33,591 nt of DNA from Intoshia linei (lineage: Eukaryota > Animalia > Orthonectida): positions 1-33,591 of the forward strand of contig LWCA01000289.1 of assembly GCA_001642005.1 (NCBI GenBank), in the 5' to 3' direction. How positions within the stretch are numbered: position 1 is the first letter of the stretch; each line of letters starts with the position of its first letter. Below are positions 15,401 through 27,300 of the stretch, piece after piece. The position numbers and the translations under genes are program-made. The notes under the pieces were generated by a model. It was not told where the DNA came from. It made no database searches and was given only the letters and a program-made list of their open reading frames with translations.

Positions 15401-17670
15401 ATAAAATGTACATAAAATTATTGCAGACATCGCCAAAATCTGCCAAATTTACACATGCTGTCTATGTAAAATATGTGGGTACATTTAAAAAAATTTGATT
15501 ATAGTGATCCATGGAGTTCACTAATCACAGAATTTAATAAACCCTTGTTCAGATGGGGTAAATTAAAAAAAAAAACAATGAATTAGAATTTAATGAATCA
15601 TATAAAGGTAATGAATAAATTAAAACCATCTTTAGCTCACGATAAGTATTCATACTTTAAATTCTTCTTCACTAAAAGGTGTCACATCAATTGTACCATT
15701 ATCCAAATAAAACGGACTAGTGTAGAAACAAGATTTATACATCGTCTTTTTATTTATATGTGTTCTTACAGAAGCCTAAAATCACATATTAAGGTATTAA
15801 TATTAAAAAGCGTGTTTAACTATTAAAATCTTACATCAGAATAATTTCGTACAAAAATTGATTTTGACATTACTTTACCCACACAAACTTTCCCAAAATC
15901 GACAATTGTAATATCATTATACACCTGGTCTGTTTCATTTTTAGATCGAAAGGTCAAATGTGCGTATTTAGCTACATAAAAAATTAATTAAAATACACTT
16001 ATTTTAATTTACAGGTAGCCGACATGTTGAAAAAATCATGATATTTCAAATCTTCAGATCCATATCGAATAATGCAAGATACATCATACATTTTAGCAGT
16101 CTAAAAAATTTAGATAAAATTAAAAATGCACTCAATTTTTAAATTTTCTTTAAATAGTTCTCAAAAATCGCTTTAAAATTTGAATTTTACCAACCTAAGG
16201 GTAAAATCCCCTTTTTCCAATAGTTTATTCAAAAAGCAGATTTGATCAAATCTTATGAGCAAAAACTTTTTATTCCAAAACACAAAATAAAAAATCAAAT
16301 TAATAACATAAATTAAGGGAAAAATCATTTTTCCAATATTATTTTTGAAAACACGTTTTACCAAATCTTATAAAAAAAAAAACTTTACATTTTTTCATGA
16401 ATGTTATATATTTCATATTTCCTTTATTTCCAAAAAAATATATATTTTGAAATGGGGATCCGTACACAATTTAAATTAGGAACCACTAGTCTAAATTTGA
16501 ATGCATTTTAAATTTTCTTAAAAAAAACTGATTAATTAATTTTTAAAGTAGATTTAAAAATCATCACAAATCTAATTGTGATCATTTTTTTTCAATAAAC
16601 CCCGTTACCCGTAACCTCTCGTTGATAATTTTTAATTAAAAAAATTATACCAAAACCCTATTTTCAATGGTTATACCCCTTTCCCTAATTAAAATGACCT
16701 AATTAACCTAATTAAATGATGTATTTTTATAAAATTTAAAAAATAACCGTAGGTAAAAATGTAATAATAATTTCTGAAACTTCATTCTTTGAATTTAAAA
16801 CTCCATAATTATTTTTAATGTTGAACGGTTTTTCTACTGTCATTTTGTAATGTGTTATTAAATGACTAAAATAAATATAAAAATTTGAATCAGTGCTTTG
16901 TAGTGCCGTTTTAATATTATCATATTATTATTTAGTGTACGGTAAAAAACTGTCACATAACATTACTATGAGTGAACTCCAAAATTCCTCAAAAAATAAT
17001 AATTTTTTATAATCAATAATCATCGATTTACTAGAAATTTTATAAACTAAATGTATTTAATGGTTAATAACCCATACAATAAAAATAAATGAATACATGT
17101 GTAAATTAAAAATTACGTCATATTTTTAATTTTGAAAATGATACTATTTTCTTGATCAACAATGCAATTTGAAAAGTGTATAGATTTGTTGAAATTTAAT
17201 TTATAAGTTGGTAAATTGACTCGTAATGATATGGTTAATTCTCCACTCTGAGTGATAATTGTCATGTTATCATTGTACAACATTTTGTTGAGTGGTTTAA
17301 ACACAACTGGTATCTTTACTTCATTTCCCGGTGAAATTATGTACTTATTAGGATAAACACTTTCAAAAAATTGAGATTTTGGACTCCTAGTTGTGAATTC
17401 ATATTATTTGTGTGATTTAAATTAAATTTAATAAATTATTTAAACTTTTATTTCGAAAATTTTTCATTATTTATAAAATTTAAAAATGTGACATATTTGA
17501 TGGGATCTATAAATGTAAATATATATTTGCTTAAATTACTTGACTTCAATATTCACACTATTTATGGAAATGTTTTTAATGTAGATGAAACGCTTGTAAA
17601 TTTTTCCACATTTCCAATCTTTCCAAGTTACATTCTTAGTAAACTCTAGTCCATGCTTAATGTTTATCAT
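3433..17670 (-). CDS. CFAP65: Cilia- and flagella-associated protein 65 (CCDC108) orthologue, many-exon gene with ASH/MSP-type Ig-like domains
   Basis: Hand-spliced exons are collinear with CFAP65 as I recall it. Exon 17670-17540 gives MINIKHGLEFTKNVTWKDWKCGKIYKRFIYIKN (cf. WGIEVAEELHWKGWELGK..LVLKN). Exon 17386-17117 gives SPKSQFFESVYPNKYIISPGNEVKIPVVFKPL (cf. [32 protein letters not shown]). Later exons read DFGKVCVGK (~15890), IYFNPTTVN (~10820), PSFYNIDLICE (~4550), KQKYEFDITEK (~4420) and EHVPYYAQI (~3880). The last exon 3571-3433 ends ITENCISNLLQE...KKKQL*. The GT-AG boundaries I checked are phase-compatible. Several middle exons were not resolved, and the start could lie further upstream. 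Confidence 0.88.
10375..10572. mobile_element. MITE in a CFAP65 intron
   Basis: The termini TATATGTTAC / GTAACATATA are inverted, and there is a perfect 17-bp internal inverted pair, TTGGAGTTTCAGTCATT (10392) / AATGACTGAAACTCCAA (10531). A related left end lies at ~17790-17828. Confidence 0.7.
12187..12570. repeat. Three-copy local direct repeat in a CFAP65 intronic region
   Basis: TTTAAATTGC(GC/TC).ATTAATATT.TCAT occurs at ~12188, ~12272 and ~12508, and the last two copies stay similar for ~60 bp. Confidence 0.6.
13956..14190. mobile_element. Decayed hAT-type MITE in a CFAP65 intron
   Basis: The left end CAGCGGTTCCC...GTACCGGTT and right end ACCGGTT...GAGAATCCCT resemble Charlie-type termini. 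Similar single ends occur at ~2485-2517, ~2922-2985 and ~16455-16490. Confidence 0.4.
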
Positions 17671-17701
17671 TGGGGTTTTCTTGCAAAAATTATTATTTAG
17701 A

Positions 17702-17714
17702 GTTGCTATGAAAT
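17702..17714. promoter_or_regulatory. Candidate RFX X-box upstream of CFAP65
   Basis: GTTGCTATGAAAT lies about 30 bp upstream of the putative ATG at 17670. It has one good half-site (GTTGCT-ATG) of the RFX consensus GTTGCCATGGCAAC typical of ciliary gene promoters. Confidence 0.35.
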
Positions 17715-19396
17715 GTACTGTAACAATACATTGGTTATATTTTAAAACAAACATTTTAAAAGTATACAAATGAATATTGAACATTGTATGTATGTGTTAC
17801 CGTCCGTAGGAAGTTTCATTCAATCATTAAATATAAAGTATAGCACATGTGCATTATTGGTTTTTATTACGTGTGAGGAAAGTGATAATATAATGTCAAA
17901 CGTTTTTAAATCTCAACAGGTCAACGCTGTATTAGTCATCATTTTTTTAAAAATTAAATTTAGTTTTTAAGTTGAATCAAGATGTAAATTTCTGAAAGTG
18001 AAATAAATCTTCAATTCTGCGACAGAAACAACTGAATAAGAATTTTTGTTTATGAAATTTCTGGGATTGTCAGTTTTCTCAATAAAGTGTTTCAAACTCC
18101 GAAATTGATACCGTGCCATCAAAAATTTAAATTATTACATTGAATTTGAATAGAAAATTAAAAATTAAAATGTAATCTAACCTCAAAATTTTATAAATGC
18201 ATACGTCAATGTATATCGTACACTTTGACAGTACTACATTGTAAATTTGTACAGTAAAGATTACAGTAGGTTAAACCTACTACGTTTCAATATTTGAAAT
18301 TAAAAATTTTGTAACTATCGATATTCAAATATAATTTCAATCTATGTTTATTGAATTTTAATTTTCAAATGTTTTAATTTAAAGTGACCAGATTGAATAA
18401 TTACTATCAATTTTAATTTATTTGGTCTTAAATTTAAAGCCAAAACTACTTATTTATAATCACGAATAAAAGTATTTAGCTAAAATTTATTCGAAATAAA
18501 TTAATATTGATAGTACTTATTCAATTTGGTAACCTTATTTAAATGTTAATTATATTCTGGCTGTAAAAACAAGAAACCTACATTTTAAATGTATCAGATA
18601 TCATCAATTAGGATTTATAAATTATAATGCAGACGACCAGGACCCTGAAGAGGGTTGGCTAAGACAATATCACGAGCCGAATATTCTAAATTAAAAAATG
18701 AGGCTTAAATATTTCTTAATTATATGTTATTAAAATGTTTTATTGATGGTACCAAACAGTGTTGATCGGGTAAACAACAATATGCAAATTTAAAAATTTG
18801 AGTATAATTTTAACTACTCTGAGTCCCATAGATTCAAGTTTTCAAGTGTTAATTTTAATTATTAAATAAAATTTTAAATTTCAAAATTGAGGATTGAATT
18901 AAATATTAAAAGCAAGGGACATAGGACCAAAAATTTCTTGTTCTTTCTGATACGGGTCATTCCCAGATCAATGTGTCTCAACCTTTGTCTATTGGACCGA
19001 CTTAGTAATTAAAAAATGTGATAAATAAAAAACGTAAAGCTAATGAAACTAACTAGTAAACATTTTACCTATACTGGTGCTGACCCCTAGTCTCTACTGT
19101 TGTATAAGATTTAACAGGAAGAGCTGGAAATTAAAATAAAAAGTAGATTTTACTGTATCAAAAATAAAAAATAAAAAATTTTAGGTAAATGACCTCAAAC
19201 GAAATGATATATAGCTTTCAATTTTTAATTTGGCACTATAACATTCTCTTGGCGCATCGATGAGAAACACTTCTCCAATTTTTGAAATTATGCTTTAAGT
19301 TAAATATTTTAGTTACTCATATTAAAAATAATATAATTTTTACAATCGTAAATGAATAGGTCATTAATAAGATAAATTGTTTTGAATTTTCAAATA

Positions 19397-19581
19397 CAGT
19401 CAGACTTGTTGATAGTGAACTTAACTGATATTACTATACTAACTTGACTTATATAGAAAATAAACTTAGATTTATGATAAATAATGTTTCATTTCACTGT
19501 CATTTTCATTGTTCATTATTTTTGTATAGTAAACATTAAAATAATTCGGAACCAAATGTTCACTATCTACAAGTCTGACTG
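19397..19581. mobile_element. 185-bp Tc1/mariner-pogo-type MITE with TA target duplication
   Basis: 24-bp TIRs CAGTCAGACTTGT(T/A)GATAGTGAAC with one mismatch, and TA on both flanks (19395-19396, 19582-19583). Confidence 0.85.
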
Positions 19582-19798
19582 TAAATGATTATAATCATTT
19601 ACAATTAATTATTGATTTATTATTATTGTAACTTTTACCGTTTCCCTTAGACACTCATAAGTACTCTTTCAATTTTGATATTTTACATTATTTGGTCGAG
19701 TGACTGGACTCTGGATCGTAAGTACATATATACGCATTGAATACTTCAATAATGATAATATTTATTGTTATAATGTAATCTTGACTAAGTTAATTTCT

Positions 19799-19973
19799 TT
19801 ATGATTTTACTTGATTTTTGGATTTTGCGTCTCTTTTCCAATTGTATGGACGCCAGCTAAATTAATCAAATAGTAAGAGCGACTAAAATTAATAAAAATT
19901 ACTCATATGCTAAATTTGCCGGCAGAAACATCAATAAAACCATCGAAAGCATCATTAAATTAAATATTTTCAT
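19799..19973 (-). CDS. Small secreted peptide precursor (putative neuropeptide prohormone), 42 aa, two exons
   Basis: Exon 1 is 19973-19903, the intron is 46 bp (GTAATT...TTTAG, 19902-19857) and exon 2 is 19856-19799. Translation: MKIFNLMMLSMVLLMFLPANLA-YDWRPYNW-KR-DAKSKNQVKS*. It has a hydrophobic signal peptide ending NLA, an octapeptide and a dibasic KR convertase site. Splice phases match (GA|C = Asp). Confidence 0.65.
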
Positions 19974-20434
19974 AATTCAATACTATTATGCAAATTGAAG
20001 TAAAATAAAAGTATATAATGAAATTAATTTTTGTCTCACATGAAAATTTTTATTTTGCAATTAAAATTTATACCTAATTTATCAAATGTTGATGCTTTTA
20101 ATTGAATTTAATTAAGTATTAAGGCACACATTATAATATTATACATTTACACTGGTTTAAATTTATTTAATTTACCATTCATCATTAGTGACATACAGCA
20201 CTGTAAATGTAATATATTAATTAAAAAGTTAATTTAGTTGGTAATATAAATTTTCGTTGATAAAATGTAATATTTTCTAAATACTGTTCAGTGAACATAA
20301 ACAGTAATAAAATTTGAAATCAATAATTTTTAGTATAAGTAAAACCAACAATGTTAATAAGTGAAAGGATAGCACTTAAGGATAGCTTGCTTCCGACAGT
20401 ATCATAATCACACGTGAAGAGTGGTTTATATAAC

Positions 20435-20725
20435 CTATTCTTAACGGGGTCCACAGCACTTTTTTGGGGTCCATGAAAATTATATACATGTATTACATAT
20501 TATATATTTACTGATTTATTTGATATGACTTTCCACAAAATTATCCGGAATTATGGAAAGTTGCACGACTTTATTTTATTGCCTTCCCAACGTATTTAGT
20601 TGAAGGTGGATTATTATTATTATTTTATTATCAAAAAGAAGGAATAGATTAGATAATCCTTAATGCGTACATTTTAGAGAATTATTAAGTTATAAATATT
20701 GCGCATTAAGCAAATACACCAAAGA
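20435..20725 (+). mobile_element. hAT (Charlie/Buster-type) transposon remnant with C-terminal dimerisation-domain fragment
   Basis: The frame from 20530 reads FPQNYPELWKVARLYFIAFPTYLVEGG, then KRRNRLD, matching the hATC pattern YPxLW...IAFPSSYLVERGFS...RNRL. GGGGTCCA subterminal repeats lie at ~20446 and ~20466. Confidence 0.7.
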
Positions 20726-20942
20726 GAGAAAAAATTATAATCATTGCACAACTCCTGCACAAAATGAATTATCCTTTTCAATTCTTTATTATATCATATA
20801 ATGTAAATCCTTATTGATATTGTGTGATCTTGAAAAAGGGAAAACCCAAAAACAGCTAAACCAAAAATTTTATTTTATTATCAGATTTTTTAAAAGTACA
20901 TAATAAACTAAAATAATCACGTTCATATTAATATTAATTTAT

Positions 20943-21076
20943 TAAACTTTAAACGTGATGCGCAACTCATCGCCACAATTTTGTCGAATTTTAATACCAA
21001 CATGATGTTTGTAATACTAATACTAGAATATTTTTTCGTACCTCAAATAAAGATTCCAATTTGTGAAACACCTAAT
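20943..21076. mobile_element. Solo terminal fragment of the same hATm-like family
   Basis: AAACTTTAAA..TGCGCA.CTCA...ACATGATGTTTGTAAT...GTGAAACACC aligns in direct orientation with 2010-2163. Confidence 0.6.
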
Positions 21077-21390
21077 ATACACAGTAAAACAGAATACGAC
21101 TCATTAATATGATAATTTAATCTTAAAATAACTCATCCATTTATCAGTCCACACTGTAGACTCCACGGCGGTGGAAATCCGATGGTGCGCCGTCGACATT
21201 GTTTTGTTTATAATTTTATGAACTTTTAAATCTCAACATCAATTTTGTTTATTATTAAGATTAATTCGTTACTAAGTAATTTATAAAATTAATAAAAGAT
21301 TAACGCGCAATTTATTTCTCAGTTCATTACTGTTATCCATTGTTGTGATTTCATTTTAATCGTTTCATATAATTTTATGTCAATAAAAAT

Positions 21391-24300
21391 ATGGTGAATC
21401 CATTACTAAAAAAGAAAAATACCTGTACAGTTTTAACAAATGACGGTGAGCTGTACAATCTTATGCTCGATGTTCAAAATTTCGATTCAAAAATTCCCGA
21501 TTTATGTGAAAAATTTTTAAAATTGTATATTGAGGTTTTATTTTTATTTATTTTTGTTAATTGTCATTTAATTATATATTTTTAATTCTTACGAGACAAT
21601 TTCATGTGTATGTCACCAAAATGATCACTATAAATTTTACAATGTTTGTATATGTATTTATAACTTCATTTTGATGAGTTATACCCACGATTACTCTACT
21701 AAGATTAAATTAGTAGTGTGTATCGTTAATATTGTTTAATTAGTTGATAAAATAATATAATATAGTATCTTTTGGATATTTCAATGATTGATGTTGCCCA
21801 GAATGCGACTATAAGTTTATTGTTAGGTATAGTAATGATTCATTACTAATGGATACATTTACGTTACTATGCGCATCTAGTTTATTTGCGTGTAAAATAA
21901 CATAATCTAGAATGGGGTGTTACAAAAAGGCCGATTCGAGTGGATTCATTTTAAATCTCACATTAGGCGAGTCGCATATAAAAATTAAAACTGAACTTTA
22001 TTATAAACAAAAAGAAACTGTATATTATGTGATATACATGGTTATTTAATTACTATTACTTACTATGTTGTTACTAGTGATGCGACGATTTCATGGAATC
22101 AGAATCGTTGAAATGATTTATTTTAGGTATTGGCAAAGTTTTACCTATTTTAAGATTTCGATTCTTTACTTTATTTTTTTGGCAAAAAAATAAAAATTAA
22201 TTTAAAAATACATTACAAAACACTGCAGTTATTTTAAGTTTATAACTGTAATAAGCTGTATTAGAATAATCATTTTTTTATATTATAGGACCATTAATAC
22301 CAAGATCTTAGTGCTTTTTTGATAGTGAAGACGTCACTTTGTCATTGAAATTTTTTTTTTTTTTTGAAAAATTGAAGAATGTACAATTATAATAATTTTC
22401 AAATATACATTAAGAATATAAGTTTTTTTAAATTTTACGACTGAATATGTAAATTTTATTTGTAAAAAAAGGGGTAAATTGAGATTTTGACCCTGAAGGA
22501 CTCAATTTCAGTAAATGAAATTTGCGACACTGCATCACCCTTGAAAACCCGTATTAGAAATTGAGTTTTTTTAATTCTAGAACTGTTAATTTACCAATAA
22601 AACTGTAACACAAACAGACATTCAATTTTATATGAATAAGGATTATAATTAATTTTGATTTGAATTTTTAGACAGACCCAGAAACCTTTTGGAATTTATT
22701 TAGCGGAATATTTTGCAACGTTTTATTAGAAAGAAATTCAACAGAAATTGTAGAGAGATACTTGGATTTTATAGCTAGAACAGCGAAAATGGCAAATCAA
22801 TCTAAAACAGATAGTATCGACGAAGAAATGTCTGAATATGTTCGGGAATTGTTAAAGTATTTCCTCGAATATACGACTTGTTCTAAACAGATTGTTAGAA
22901 TCCATTCATGTCAATCGATAGCAATGATATTAAGGCATATGGGTTCTGAAGCAATTATCGACGAAAATTTGTTTCTAGAATTACAAGATTCTTTAGTTAA
23001 ACGTATGGATGATGTTAAATCCACCGTTAGAGAGCAAGCAGTATTTGCTTTATCGCGTTTGCAGGTTCAAGAAGACACAGCATGTCCTGTGAATAGTGCA
23101 TTTATGGTGGCTTTGTCCGGAGATTCTTGTCCAAGTGTTAGAAAAGCAATTTTGAAGGTTATTAGTGTTTCAAGAATGACCGTTAAAAAAATTATTGAAA
23201 GAACAAGAGACATTAATAGTGGTGTAAGGAAATTGGCTCTAGTGGTAATTTCTGACAAAATTCATATGAAAGCTTTGAGAATATCTGAACGGTTAAAAAT
23301 TTTAAAAAATTCAATGAATGATAAATCGTCAAATGTTAAAAATTACTGTGAAAATGTTTTGCTGGCAGCATGGTTGTATTTATCAAAGGACGATTTGTGT
23401 ATTTTTGTTAAAGCCTTGAACGTGGAAATTTCTTATGAATTTTTGGCGGATATTTTTAAGTTTATGGTAAAATCTTTTAATGTTGATGATTTGGTTTCTA
23501 AAATTACAGGTTTTAATGCTACAGAGAAAATTATCCCACCTAATGAATTGTCTAGTCCCAATGTTTTTGTTTGGTGTCAAGTGTGTAGATATGTAAATGG
23601 ACACGATGTATATAAAAGTTTCATTGATAAATTTATACCTTCTACGGTTGAATATATTGCTTATTTACGAAAAGCGATAGATTATCTAATGTCTATTAAA
23701 AATGACTCTCTCAATGAAGATGAAACTTTAGAGGGACCGGACGTTTATTTCATTATTCGGTTTTTAGTTGAAATTGCGTTTGAATTGGACACTTCTGATG
23801 TATATAGCAGAAATGAATTGAAATCCTTTTTGTATGACATGCTGGTAAACATTCCTATCAATAATGTTTCAATTGAACCTGTAATGAAATTATATGTAAC
23901 GTTATTTGGAAACCCGAGACGTGTAAGTGATAGCATCATTGAAATAATTTCAGAAATTCGTCAGCCTATTCAAACTTTGGATAATGAAGACAAATCTTTT
24001 GTTTCACTGGTATCTTTGGCTAATAGTAAAAGACAATCTATGAATAATGACACTATAAATATAAAAAACGAAACATCGTTAATGAGCCTTGATACGGAGA
24101 ACTTGGTTTCTGATTTGATTGTAAAAAAAAATATTTTGAGGGATCGTCTGGATATAGCTATAAGTGAAGATAATTACATTGAAGCTCAAAATTTAATGAA
24201 AGAAATTAACGACATTATGGAAAATCATAAAAATATTGAAGAAAATTATAAAAAAAGGAATGACGTGGAAATGAAATTTGAAACTGAAGAAATGGATGAA

Positions 24301-27300
24301 AAAACCAGTTTGGAAGATTCAAAGGTATTGACAAAATGTTTGATAATTTTGAAAAATTTATTACGTAACGTTCAATTCAACAAATTACCAGAATCCGTCT
24401 GCGGGTGTGTCGATTCCTTAATTCTAAATTGCGTCCAATCCGTCATTCCAGTTTTAAGGTTAGAGTCTATGGTTACGTTAAGTTTGTGTGCCATGTATGA
24501 AAGAGTTAAAGCTATTGAACATTTGCCACTATTTATAAAAATTTCAAGCATTGACCCAGAATATGTTATTAGATCTAAAGCCATTTGTATAATTTTTGAC
24601 TTGCTGTCCATATACGGTACCCAGTTTGTTACAGATAGTATTCCAAATGTCGACTCTTTTCCCGTCGATTTGACTATGGAAATGACTATTGTCGCAAAGG
24701 GTAAATTTGATATAGCAAATAAGACCATTTTGTATGAAGAAACTAAAGATTTCAAACAAAAGCTCAAATTTAATTCTAGTTTTTTAAATGAATCTTGTGG
24801 ACGTCCAATTACTCTTGATTTAGAGATTAACAATATAATGTCTGAAATCCATAAAAATTGGTTAAATGGTAAAGTGGTTAGAACAAATTGTAAAGATTCA
24901 AATACAACTCTGAAAAATGATGAAGTGGTGTTTTCGTGTGGATCTACGAAGGAATTGTTGATTTATTCTTTGTTGTCACCGTTGGATAATAAGTGTATTG
25001 AAAATTATTCATTTACTTTGGCTGTTGATGGGATTTGTCGATTGTTTATACGGAAGGTTATTTTCTCTCAAACTCTTTTGGCGAAATTTTTAACCGTCAT
25101 GTTTACTCCAAAGAATATTGTTTTTAAATTTGTTCAAATTTTATCCTCTTTTTTTGTTAGGTATGCTGAAGTCGCTTCAAATGGATTAATTGGTAGTGAC
25201 GGACTTAATTTGATTTTTAAGCATATCTGTCAAGCTTGGATTATATCTCTGAAAAATATTTCCGAGTTGATTTTTAATGATTCTGATTATATTGGTAATT
25301 TTACAAAAATTATGAGAAAAACTATTATTTTTTTCTGTTTTTAGATAAAATTACCTATTACTCAATTATACCGAAAATTTACAAAGATATTAACTTTTAT
25401 TAATTTTTTTTACGAAATTTCCAAAATTTAATTACTTTTACAAAATTAAAATAGTAAAGAATGTAGTTATTTTATCTACTTCAATTTAAAAAAATAAACC
25501 TCAATTATACTCAAAATTTAGAAATTAATGTAATTTCACAGAATGATTAGAAAATCATTTAAATTTTAAGGAATAAATCAAATTGTATGATTTGTAACTA
25601 ATTCTAATTATAACGATATTTTATTGAAAATAGTTGACTTATTAATTGACAGTAAATTTGAACTGAATTTCGTGTAAAAATTTAATTTGATAAAACGAGA
25701 GGAAAATTATAAAAAATCATTTAAATTTTTGGAATAAATCAAATTTTATATTAATTTTTAATAATTCTGATGAAAAAAATTCAATTACACCCAAATTTTA
25801 CAAAATAATGAACTTTTATAAGATTTTGACAAAAAAATTTAATTTAACAAAACGATGACGAAATTTCTAGAAAATTATTTATATTTTTGGAATAAATCAA
25901 ATTTGACAAAATTATACTGAAATTTTACGAAATCATTATTGTTTTCAATATTTTGACTAAATTTTGAGGTAAAAAAATCAAATAATATATCATTTAAATT
26001 TAATTAAATTTTCACAAATTTTGAAAAAAATCCAATTATACCCAAAACTTTATAAATTATTCACTTTTACGAATAAAACCACATTATACCAAAAATTTAC
26101 AAAAAAATTAACTTTTTAATTTTGGAAGAAATAAATGTATTTTAAAAAAAACCGTCATGTATGCCCTAATATTTACAGTTTATTAATTTTTAAAACGAAT
26201 TGGGACAAAAACATCCAATTATACCCAAAACTTAATAAATTATTCACTTTTACGAATAAAACCACATTATACCAAAAATTTATAAAAAAATTAACTTTTA
26301 TTAAATTTAACTAAATTTTAAGGTAATCCAATTAAATGGTATTAATTTTAACAAATTTTGGATAAAAAAATCCAATTATAGCCAAAACTTAATAAATTAT
26401 TTACTTTTACTTAAAAAATCCCGTTATAACAAAAATTTATAAAAAATTATCTTTTATTAAATTTTAAACAAAATTTGGAAAAAAGTTTATTTTAAAAAAA
26501 ACCGTCATTTATGCCCTAATATTTACGAAAATAATTAACTTTAAGTTATATTTATTTTTAACTAAATTTTAACGTAAAAAATTAAATGGTATTAATTTTA
26601 TGAAAAAAGCATAATTTTTCTCAAAAATAAAAATTTTAGTACCACCACGTACTGATATTAGTTTTCGCAAAATGAAAAAATTAGTTTATTGTTATAAAAT
26701 ATGTTATTGCAGAGTTGTCAGATGTTAGGATTGCCGCTAAATTATTATTTTAAAAATCCCCTTCTTACAATTTTACTAAAAACCTTTTAATCCAACCCCA
26801 AAATTTTAAAACCATTAAGGAAAAATCATTTTTTACATGTACTTAGTTCTGAACATTAAAAATGTGTGACTCACAAGCGTCATTGTATTCAGTTTACATT
26901 TTAAAATTAGTAATTTATATATTTAAAAAAATTTGTTGATATTAGCAAAGTTACCAGCAAATCGACCACCCTTGTTCATTAACTTCTATAATATTTTAAC
27001 GAAAATTTGAGTTAAAAAATCTAATTTGACAAAATGACTTTTGATGAATAAAATTATAGTCATTTTGGAGAAAAAATCCAAATATACTCAAAATTTACGA
27101 AATAATTTAGTTTTACGCCAAAAATAGCAAAAAATTTTATAAATAATAACATCTAATTTTACCATATGACGAAAAATATATTTTACCTCTTTTTTTTTAA
27201 TAGACTCTACAATGCGAATGTAGTTTTTTAATTTAATGATTACGAAAACATGAATTTTAGATATTGTAAGGATGTAATGTATTTACAGTGTTAACAGTTA

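Noticed and set aside
19639-19737. Minus-strand frame MRIYVLTIQSPVTRPNNVKYQN-TGA-KSTYECLRET suggesting UGA read-through or selenocysteine
   Set aside because: There is no selenoprotein motif or recognisable SECIS, the conserved genes use TGG for Trp, and it is most likely 3' UTR of the peptide gene.
21155-21198. GC-rich stem-loop-like patch considered as a ribozyme or ncRNA
   Set aside because: It lacks hammerhead, HDV, tRNA and snRNA consensus elements, and is explained at least as well as a minus-strand first exon.
23067-24833. Five minus-strand ORFs (63-153 aa) inside NCAPG exon 2
   Set aside because: They are antisense shadows of a long coding exon with no recognisable motifs.
26025-26530. 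Repeated blocks considered as a CRISPR-like array
   Set aside because: The context is a eukaryotic intron, spacing is irregular, the intervening sequences are themselves repetitive, and there are no cas genes.
26713-26753. Possible extra NCAPG exon after ttgcag
   Set aside because: It reaches an in-frame stop with no donor site, while exon 2 joins 27350 directly in phase.
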